Below are positions 45,426 through 52,470 of a stretch of DNA of 64,000 bases, piece by piece. The translations under genes were made by a program, and so were the position numbers. Positions within the stretch are counted from its first letter, which is position 1. Every line of letters begins with the position of its first letter. This DNA is from a virus (lineage: Duplodnaviria > Caudoviricetes), in IMG/VR virus record IMGVR_UViG_3300012942_000002, positions 5,772 to 69,771 of that record; one strand, 5' to 3'. Below the pieces are notes generated by a model. That model worked only from the letters and a program-made list of their open reading frames with translations, was not told the origin of the DNA and ran no database searches.

Positions 45426-45837
45426 GTGTACGACCGCAAGCATAGGATCCAGGTGGCGTTCGACGCCGAGACTGTTGCCGAGGCGACGGGCATCAAGCTC
45501 GACCCCGACACGTTCGAGGAGCACCTGGCGTTCGCCACGGAGTACCAGCTGGCGATGTACCGGCTCGGATCCAAGGCGAAGCGCGAGCAGACCCGTCCGC
45601 ACGTTCGGCAGTCGCTCGGCTACAGCTCGCTGATGCAGCTCCGAGCGCTACCTGTTCGCGATGGCCGAGCACCAGCACGAGATCGCCAAGGGTGGCCGCC
45701 TCAACGAGATGGAGCGCGCGGCTGTCTGGCGGATGCTGGAGCACGAGGGCAAGGTCGAGTTCGGACCCGCCCGGATGTACCACGCGACCGACCCGCAGAA
45801 CACCACGCTCCGTAAGCACATCGAGAACAACAAGTAA
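45426..45837 (+). CDS. hypothetical protein, apparently broken by a +1 frame change near 45639
   Basis: High-GC3 frame switches from MYDRK...SSLMQ to SERYLFAM...IENNK* (TAA 45835-37). Confidence 0.55.
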
Positions 45838-45860
45838 CTGTCCCCAAGGAGGACTGCACA

Positions 45861-46217
45861 ATGGCACAGAGCAACCGTCCCCGCATGTCTGTCGAGCCCA
45901 AGGTCGTGGAGCACCTGCTCGCGAGTCGTGGCCGCATCGTCACCCTGGCCGAGCTCGTCAAGGCGCTCCCGCGTGGAGCCAACGAGTCCTCCGTCCGAGC
46001 GGCCATGCGCCGCCTCTCGGAGCGGATGGACATCACGGTCATCTCCAAGGGGAACAGCTGGAGGCTTGAGGCCGAGTCCAGCCCCGACCTCACCGAGAAG
46101 GCCAACCCGGATGCCGGCAAGTCCCTCGGCAGCTTCGAGCAGGTCGGCGAGATGCAGGATGGAAGCCTGGTCGTGCGCGACGAGCAGAACCGGCTGTACG
46201 CGCTGAAGGCGCTCTAG
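45861..46217 (+). CDS. winged-helix DNA-binding protein
   Basis: GRIVTLAELVKAL...ESSVRAAMRRL...GNSWRL. Confidence 0.75.
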   Translation: MAQSNRPRMSVEPKVVEHLLASRGRIVTLAELVKALPRGANESSVRAAMRRLSERMDITVISKGNSWRLEAESSPDLTEKANPDAGKSLGSFEQVGEMQDGSLVVRDEQNRLYALKAL

Positions 46218-46312
46218 CGGCCCTACGTGGCCACGTAACGAACGAACGCGCCCCGGTCGGGCCGAGTGCCTGACCGGGGCGTGCGAGGCCCGTAGAGGGC
46301 GGAAGGAGCACC

Positions 46313-46705
46313 ATGAGGATCAGGAACGTAGCGATCGCCGGAGCGCTCATGCTCGGCGTGGCGGCGTGCGCGAGTGACGGACCCAGCGAGGTCACCGGCA
46401 CTCGCGACGACGTGCGCAAGGTGGCGGCCGTCAAGGAGAAGAGCCACAGGGAGAAGACCAGCGAGCGCAAGTGCACGCGCAGGGTCAACGGCACGTGCAA
46501 GTCGTACAAGACCGTGACCAGCTGGAAGAAGGTCGTGGACCGTGCCGGCAAGCCCGCTGTGTACTGCGTCGAGCTCGACAACGTCAACGGCGACAAGGGC
46601 CGGGACGACGAGTGGTTCACGGTAACCAATCACGACTACACCAAGGCGCTCTTCAAGGCCGAGGACGAGGGGCTCAAGTTCACGCCCCTGAGGACGGGCT
46701 GCTGA
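46313..46705 (+). CDS. putative lipoprotein
   Basis: Signal peptide with lipobox-like VAAC. Confidence 0.75.
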   Translation: MRIRNVAIAGALMLGVAACASDGPSEVTGTRDDVRKVAAVKEKSHREKTSERKCTRRVNGTCKSYKTVTSWKKVVDRAGKPAVYCVELDNVNGDKGRDDEWFTVTNHDYTKALFKAEDEGLKFTPLRTGC

Positions 46706-47034
46706 TGCGCACGCGCAGGGTTCTGCTCATCGGCGGTCTCATGGATGGCAAGTGGCACACGCACCTGAGCACGGACAGCAGGGTGTATATCGCGAAGCCC
46801 ATGCAGGTCACCGTCCTCCGCGAGGAGGACAGGCGTGCTCGGGTAGACATGCCAGAGCACGAGGTGTATCACCTGCAGCACGTGGCCCTGTACGGGCATG
46901 GGCTGTGGGTCGGCCTGCACGAGAGCACGCTGGACCGCCTCAGCATGGAGCGCCCCGGTCCGACTGAGGCGCACACCGGGATGATCCTGAGGGCGATCCT
47001 CCAGCGGGATGTGGCGACGGAGCTCGGCCTCTGA
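46705..47034 (+). CDS. hypothetical protein
   Basis: TGATG overlap; LIGGLMDG N-terminus. Confidence 0.75.
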   Translation: MRTRRVLLIGGLMDGKWHTHLSTDSRVYIAKPMQVTVLREEDRRARVDMPEHEVYHLQHVALYGHGLWVGLHESTLDRLSMERPGPTEAHTGMILRAILQRDVATELGL

Positions 47035-47202
47035 GCCGGAGGCCGGGTGAATCGCCGTTGACGATAGGGTTCGCCCGATTCGCCCCATGACGCGTCGCAC
47101 TCATGCCGGCCTGCGGATATAGAAAAAGTCGAAAAAAGTTCCACGAAAGTTGCACATGCCCCTACCTGCGCATTCATCGCGAATGACCAGGTAGGGGCTG
47201 AG

Positions 47203-47231
47203 TTGCCTCGGAGCCGGATATGGCGCATAGT
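47203..47231 (+). promoter_or_regulatory. promoter for structured RNA B
   Basis: TTGCCT-17-CATAGT, preceded by palindrome 47161-47196. Confidence 0.65.
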
Positions 47232-47237
47232 TCTACT

Positions 47238-47697
47238 CAGGAAGCGACGAGGGCAAGGAACGAACTCCCCGGATGGCCGGTCTGGCCGAGGGTCGAGGTT
47301 CCGCCTGAAGACCGCGAACCCGAGCAGGACAGCCAAGAGAGACGGCTGCGATCGCGCACAGGACTTCGGTCCTGGCCGCTGACTCTAGACAGGAGCCGGA
47401 CTCCCCAAAACCGGTATGTTGCGAGCGACGCGACTGGACTTCCCGAGGACGGGCAGCCAACCTCCACTGCGGACGTTGGAAGCGCACACAGTCGGGCGGT
47501 ACTGAAAGCTGCTAGCGAGCAACGGACTCCACCTCTTCAAGCCTGGGTCAAGTGAGACACCCCGCTCGGGGCACCTCTGGCTAGGAAGTCGAAAGGTGGA
47601 CGGTCTGCCGGCAACCGCAACCCTCAACAAGCTGAGGAGATGCCGGCACTCATCAACAACAAGGACGAAACGAGCCCGCTGGGAAGCGCTGCTCGTC
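47238..47697 (+). ncRNA. putative structured ncRNA B ending at a hammerhead cleavage site
   Basis: Homolog of the ncRNA A 5' domain; CAGGAC-UUCG-GUCCUG 47359-74; stems 47418-23/47616-21 and 47528-34/47594-600. Confidence 0.55.
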
Positions 47698-47726
47698 CGC
47701 CGGTGGATGCCGGTGCCGATGAGTCC
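47663..47726 (+). ncRNA. type II hammerhead ribozyme 5 (U4C core variant, cut after 47697)
   Basis: GGAC-GAAA-CGAGC..GCTCG-TC-CGCCGGT ggat GCCGGTG-CCGATGA-GTCC. Confidence 0.82.
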
Positions 47727-47742
47727 CCAAGGAGGAAACACC

Positions 47743-48207
47743 ATGGCCGAGAACACCACCCCCAGCAAGAAGACCTTCGCTGAGCGTGCGGCCGCTGAGC
47801 CCACCGAGCTCCACAAGGCGTTCGCCAAGTGGATCGAGGAGAAGACGGGCGTCACCCCGGACCTGAAGACGGTCCAGCTCGCCGTCACCATGCGGATGGA
47901 CTTCCAGTCCAGCGAGGAGAACCAGAAGGCTCTCGCCGAGCGCAAGGCTGAGGCCGCCAAGAAGGCGGAGGAGGCCAAGGCCCGGAAGCTGGCCAAGCTG
48001 GAGGCGGAGCTCGCCAAGCTCAAGGGCGGCGAGCAGAAGGACGAGGCGAAGCCCGAGGAGCCCGCTGAGGCCCCGAAGGACGACGCTGAGCCCGCCGCTG
48101 AGGGCGACGGCGAGAACGGCGCGGAGGCGGCCACGGAGGCCGCTCCCGAGCCCAAGAAGGCGACCACCGCCCGGCGCACCCGGCGGACGGCGGCCACCAA
48201 GAAGTAA
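47743..48207 (+). CDS. Lys/Ala-rich paralog family protein 2
   Basis: PTELHKAFAKWI...KTVQLAVTMRMDFQSSEENQ; basic C-terminal tail. Confidence 0.85.
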   Translation: MAENTTPSKKTFAERAAAEPTELHKAFAKWIEEKTGVTPDLKTVQLAVTMRMDFQSSEENQKALAERKAEAAKKAEEAKARKLAKLEAELAKLKGGEQKDEAKPEEPAEAPKDDAEPAAEGDGENGAEAATEAAPEPKKATTARRTRRTAATKK

Positions 48208-48266
48208 CACCCCATGAGCGCCCCCGGTCGAGGTGACCCCCACCCTCGACCGGGGTGCCAGGGCGA

Positions 48267-48331
48267 GGACGAAACGCTCCGGCTCATGCCGGCTGGAGCG
48301 TCCGGCGCTGGATGGCGCTGCTGAGGAGTCC
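48267..48331 (+). ncRNA. type II hammerhead ribozyme 6 (GUC, cut after 48302)
   Basis: GGAC-GAAA-CGCTCCGGC..GCTGGAGCG-TC-CGGCGCT ggat GGCGCTG-CTGAGGA-GTCC. Confidence 0.93.
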
Positions 48332-48344
48332 CCAAGGAGGATGC

Positions 48345-48818
48345 ATGGACCAGGTGTGGATCATCTGGAAGGTTCTGGTCGAGGAGGACCGCGAGGAATG
48401 CACTGCGGTGTTCACCGACGAGGACAAGGCCAACGACGCGATCAACCGGCTCCGGCTGCGCGACGTTGACAACGACGAGGTTGACTACAACCTCCGGCCG
48501 TGCTCGGTCGACCCGACCCCCGAGATGCTGGAGCTCCCCAAGACGCTCCGCGAGATGGGGTGCGACGAACTGCTCAACTCGGCTCGCATCGAGCTCTGCA
48601 ACGAGGGCAAGATGTACGTGCCCCTGTGGATCAACCCGGCGTGGCTGGTGCACGAGCTCAAGGCCAAGTACGGGCTCGGCATCGACTTCAAGGGTCGCCA
48701 GATGACGCTGGTCTCTCCCGACGAGGTCCAGCGTCGCCGAGAGTTCGGCATCCAGGATGAGAATGCTCCGAGCGACTTCGGGTACGAGGACGCCGGGTTC
48801 ACCGAGACGAGGGACTGA
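48345..48818 (+). CDS. hypothetical protein
   Basis: CCAAGGAGG RBS joined to the ribozyme. Confidence 0.85.
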   Translation: MDQVWIIWKVLVEEDREECTAVFTDEDKANDAINRLRLRDVDNDEVDYNLRPCSVDPTPEMLELPKTLREMGCDELLNSARIELCNEGKMYVPLWINPAWLVHELKAKYGLGIDFKGRQMTLVSPDEVQRRREFGIQDENAPSDFGYEDAGFTETRD

Positions 48819-48822
48819 GGAC

Positions 48823-48918
48823 GTGAACCACAGACAGAAGCCGGATCACTCAGGAGCGTGGTTCTGGTTATTAACCATCGCCCTCCTCGTGGCCTACGCT
48901 AGGTCGCAAGGCGGGTGA
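48823..48918 (+). CDS. possible 31-aa membrane peptide with tandem TTA codons
   Basis: GTG...WFWLLTIALLVAYA; TTA TTA at 48868-73. Confidence 0.3.
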   Translation: MNHRQKPDHSGAWFWLLTIALLVAYARSQGG

Positions 48919-49021
48919 CCTCCGCAGCCAGATCGAAACGCCCGCAACGCGACCGCCAGTCGTGGAGCGGGCGTCCGGCGGTAAGGCACCGCTGCTGACG
49001 AGATCGTGGAGGATCTTGCAC

Positions 49022-49306
49022 ATGAAGCTGGACAGACTGATCGAAGACCTCCTGGCCATCCAGGAGGAGCTCAAGGAGCAGGACGTCGACACGAGCGAGG
49101 TCGACGTGCTTGCCGGCATCCAGCCGAGCTACCCGCTCACCGGAGTCGTCCTGGGAGCCATCTCGGGCGAGACCCTCGCCGAGCACGTGGACGGCGAGCT
49201 CGACGACAACATGCGACGCGCGGTCTGGGTCGCCACGGACCAGGTCAGCTCGTACAGCGACTACCGGCCGTACGCGCCCCGTCCGCTGTGGGAGGCTGTC
49301 CGATGA
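49022..49306 (+). CDS. hypothetical protein
   Basis: GGAGG RBS; QPSYPL...YAPRPLW. Confidence 0.8.
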   Translation: MKLDRLIEDLLAIQEELKEQDVDTSEVDVLAGIQPSYPLTGVVLGAISGETLAEHVDGELDDNMRRAVWVATDQVSSYSDYRPYAPRPLWEAVR

Positions 49307-49620
49307 AGCCCGAGGTGTGCGTCGCCCCGGCTGACAGGGGCTCCAACTGCTACCTGTGCCAGTCGAAGGCGGCTGTCTGCTGCATCCCGCGTGACCTGGA
49401 CGACCCGGAGATCACGCCGGAAGCGGGCGAGTGGTACCCCATGGGGCTGCTGTCCTGCTGGGGGTGCATCCGCAAGATCCTGACGATGCTCATGTCGGAC
49501 CCCAAGCTCCCCGAGCGAGAGGCCGACGCCCTGGAGGAAGACGTGAGGGCGCTGCGCCCGAGCCGCCTGGAGGAGCTTGAGCACAAGCTCGACGAGATCG
49601 ACGAGGAGCTCGGTCACTGA
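49303..49620 (+). CDS. hypothetical protein with CxxC motifs
   Basis: ATGA overlap; GGAGG RBS. Confidence 0.75.
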   Translation: MKPEVCVAPADRGSNCYLCQSKAAVCCIPRDLDDPEITPEAGEWYPMGLLSCWGCIRKILTMLMSDPKLPEREADALEEDVRALRPSRLEELEHKLDEIDEELGH

Positions 49621-49775
49621 TGGCAAGCTTCATGCAGAACTGGTGGACCAAGCACGACATGGACCGCGACGGCAAGGGCTGCTTCTTCATGATGCTCGGA
49701 TGCCTCGGGATCGTGTTCGTGGCTGGTGTCGGGGCCACGCTCGTCGGCGTGTACCTGCTCGGCAAGTACTCCTGA
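49620..49775 (+). CDS. small membrane protein
   Basis: TGATG overlap; FFMMLGCLGIVFVAGVGATLVGVYLL. Confidence 0.65.
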   Translation: MASFMQNWWTKHDMDRDGKGCFFMMLGCLGIVFVAGVGATLVGVYLLGKYS

Positions 49776-49789
49776 ACAACCTCAGCCTA

Positions 49790-49843
49790 GGACGAAACCT
49801 CCGAGAGGAGGTCCGCCGGTACGGTGCCGGTGCTGACGAGTCC
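49790..49843 (+). ncRNA. type II hammerhead ribozyme 7 (GUC, cut after 49813)
   Basis: GGAC-GAAA-CCTCC gaga GGAGG-TC-CGCCGGTA cgg TGCCGGTG-CTGACGA-GTCC. Confidence 0.93.
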
Positions 49844-49858
49844 TGAGGAGATTCGCAC

Positions 49859-50830
49859 ATGTCTGACAAGCAGAACCCGATGCTGGCCAAAATCCAGGGC
49901 CTGCTCGACACGTACCAGTCGCTGGCCGACACCAACCCCGAGGGTGCGCAGTCGTACCTCGACAAGGCCGAGCAGCTCATGCAGAAGTACGCGGTGGACG
50001 AGGCGATGCTGTCCGCCGCGCGCCAGCTGGCCGGTGGGCTCGTGGAGGAGCCCGAGCAGCGCATCATCACGTTCATGCCGGCAAACGACAAGCTCGGCAA
50101 CCAGTGGTACAACCTGATCATCGCGGTCGCCAAGCACTACGACTGCGAGTTTTTCGGCTGGACCTCCGGCACGGGTTACCTGGTCGGGTTCCCGTCCAAC
50201 ATGGACCTGGTCGAGATGGTGTACACCTCGCTGCGCCTTCAGGCGCTGGCCAAGCTCGACCCCAAGCCCAACAAGCAGCTCTCGTTCGACGAGAACGTGT
50301 ACATCCTGCACGAGGCCGGGATCAAGTGGCAGCGCATCGCCTTCCTCATGAACCAGGCGTGGCACGAGGCCAAGGAGCTCGGGGTCGTCATCGACTCCAA
50401 CTGGGAGCAGGTCCCCTGGGAGATCGACGACAGGGGCAATGGCAAGAAGGACGGCGGTCGACTGATCCGGGCGGCCAAGCGCTGGTGCAAGGACATCGGC
50501 GAGCCGTACCGCGCGGTGTCCTCGCCGGTCACCTTCCAGCGCTCCTACGCGCAGGGCTTCCTCAACGAGGTGCGCGACAGGTTCGCCCGGCTCCGCAAGT
50601 ACCGCGAGGACCAGATCAAGTCCACCAACGGAGCGGAGCTCGTGCTGTTCGACCGCAACAAGCTGGTCCGGGACGCGATGGACGCGCTCAAGGCCAGCAT
50701 GGGGCACAAGGACGGCAAGGGGTACAGGCAGCGCATCGTCGGCGAGGCGTACTACCGAGGCCAGGCCGACGGTCGCACGGCGGACATCGGTCAGGACCGG
50801 ATGGGCGGCGGACGGAAGGCGATCGGCTGA
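49859..50830 (+). CDS. DUF2786-like domain protein
   Basis: N-terminal KIQGLL...KAEQLMQKYAVD; C-terminal AYYRGQADG. Confidence 0.75.
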   Translation: MSDKQNPMLAKIQGLLDTYQSLADTNPEGAQSYLDKAEQLMQKYAVDEAMLSAARQLAGGLVEEPEQRIITFMPANDKLGNQWYNLIIAVAKHYDCEFFGWTSGTGYLVGFPSNMDLVEMVYTSLRLQALAKLDPKPNKQLSFDENVYILHEAGIKWQRIAFLMNQAWHEAKELGVVIDSNWEQVPWEIDDRGNGKKDGGRLIRAAKRWCKDIGEPYRAVSSPVTFQRSYAQGFLNEVRDRFARLRKYREDQIKSTNGAELVLFDRNKLVRDAMDALKASMGHKDGKGYRQRIVGEAYYRGQADGRTADIGQDRMGGGRKAIG

Positions 50831-51402
50831 TGAGGTGTGGCAACTGCAAGGGTGAGCACGCCAGCGTGGCTCAGGTCCGGTCTTGCTTCTCCAGCAAGCC
50901 GGGCCAGCCCAGCGCCAAGCAGATGTCGCTGGCGCAGGCTCTGGGTCGCGAGAAGGTTCGCCTCCCGGAGCACAAGGACCTGAGCGACGAGGAATACCAC
51001 CTCATGATCGCCGGGCTCAGCCGGGAGGACATGGGCGTCTTCCTGACGAAGATGCTCAAGCAGCCGAACGAGGGGCCCTCCAGGGAAGAGCTCTTCGAGA
51101 AGGTGGACAACGGGAAGTACGCGCTGCGGAACGAGGAAGACGACGACATCCGGTTCTACGCCATCGGCGGGACGCGACACCGCGTCCTGTGGGAGCTGAC
51201 CGGAGCGCCTGGCGACTTCAAGATGCAGCGCATCTACCGACCCGAGAAGATCCTCAAGAGGATCGCTGCCGACCCGGTCGCTGCGTTCGCCCTGTTCGGA
51301 CTCAACGTCGGAACGTGTGGAAGGTGCGGCTCGCCGCTGACCCAGAAGCACACCCGAGAGCGCGGCATCGGCGACACCTGCTACGCCAAGCTCACGACAT
51401 GA
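50830..51402 (+). CDS. Zn-finger protein (DUF6011-like C-terminus)
   Basis: CGNC..H; CGRCGSPLT...RERGIGDTC. Confidence 0.75.
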   Translation: MRCGNCKGEHASVAQVRSCFSSKPGQPSAKQMSLAQALGREKVRLPEHKDLSDEEYHLMIAGLSREDMGVFLTKMLKQPNEGPSREELFEKVDNGKYALRNEEDDDIRFYAIGGTRHRVLWELTGAPGDFKMQRIYRPEKILKRIAADPVAAFALFGLNVGTCGRCGSPLTQKHTRERGIGDTCYAKLTT

Positions 51403-51621
51403 CGAGGCACGAGTTCCTCAGGTGCATACTCTGGGGCATAGTCCTGGGGTGCGCAGCCCGCGCGGCGGTGATCATCGCCCAGAGCCTGTAAATGGCCGCG
51501 TAACGGCTCGGCGCGACCGCGTCGGGCAAAGGTACTCAGGGACGGCCCCGGAGCCGCCTACGACCCCGTAGGATCGCTCCTCGGGCCGTCCCTGCGTCTG
51601 TCCTCGGCTCGGAGGCCGAAG

Positions 51622-51840
51622 ATGCGTTGGAATGACATCCCCGAAGGCACCTCGTTCGCCATGTCCCAGAAGGGCGTGGACGAGCTGCGTGCCGGCAAGC
51701 CCAAGGCGTTCGGTTACGGCATCATCTGCGGAGCGGTCCTCACGCTCGTATTGCAGAGCTGCGCGTCCGACGACAGCAAGGCGGACGACAGCCCGAAGCC
51801 GGGTCCGTCCGTCAGCAGCACCCACAAGCCCGGCAACTAG
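51622..51840 (+). CDS. small membrane/lipoprotein-like protein
   Basis: GGAGG RBS; hydrophobic segment followed by LQSC. Confidence 0.65.
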   Translation: MRWNDIPEGTSFAMSQKGVDELRAGKPKAFGYGIICGAVLTLVLQSCASDDSKADDSPKPGPSVSSTHKPGN

Positions 51841-51863
51841 CAAGAGAGCGAGCAGCATCACTC

Positions 51864-52070
51864 ATGGAGCACATCGGACTCGTCGGAGCACTGGTGATCG
51901 TCGGCCACGTCGTGGTCGGTCTGGGCACGGGGGCTCTCGGCCTCTGGATGCAGCGCCGGTTCTTCCTCCACGCCGACGAGGACCAGTCGTTCGCCGTGCC
52001 CGGCACGGTAGCGTTCTTCACCTCCCTGACCTACTTCTGGGTGGTGATCCAGCTTGACACATGGACGTGA
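51864..52070 (+). CDS. small membrane protein
   Basis: Two hydrophobic segments. Confidence 0.6.
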   Translation: MEHIGLVGALVIVGHVVVGLGTGALGLWMQRRFFLHADEDQSFAVPGTVAFFTSLTYFWVVIQLDTWT

Positions 52071-52470
52071 CAGAGCCAACTGGCGAACGGTATGGCTCGG
52101 CGTGGCGCAGTCAGTGGCCATGCGGAGCTCGTGCTTGCGTGACCAAGTGGGTGCGGTCCTTGTAGTCAACGACTACTGGACATTCGTCGGCTACAACGGA
52201 CCGAGGTCCGGTCGGCCCAACTGCGACATCGGAGGCTGTCCGCGAGGACTGCTGACGGCAGAGCAGCTGCCGCACGGAGCCCGGTTCGAAGGTGCGGGCC
52301 TCTGCGAGGCGGTCCACGCCGAGATCAACGCGGTGATGAAGTATCTGCGCTACCACAGGCAGGTCACGCCCGACGTCATGCTGTACACGACGCGGGAGCC
52401 GTGTGAGAAGTGCTGGGACGAGCTCATCGAGCTCGGCTTCATGCGAGACCAAGTGATCTGGAGCAACTGA
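52054..52470 (+). CDS. deoxycytidylate deaminase-like protein
   Basis: RSSC..QVGAVLV, GYNG, HAEINA, PCEKC. Confidence 0.88.
   Translation: MTHGRDRANWRTVWLGVAQSVAMRSSCLRDQVGAVLVVNDYWTFVGYNGPRSGRPNCDIGGCPRGLLTAEQLPHGARFEGAGLCEAVHAEINAVMKYLRYHRQVTPDVMLYTTREPCEKCWDELIELGFMRDQVIWSN

Noticed and set aside
42631-47697. tRNA, tmRNA or group I/II intron identity for the structured noncoding regions
   Set aside because: I could not recognise a cloverleaf with T-loop, a tag reading frame or an intron catalytic core, and the regions do not interrupt a gene. An Rfam scan is needed to be sure.
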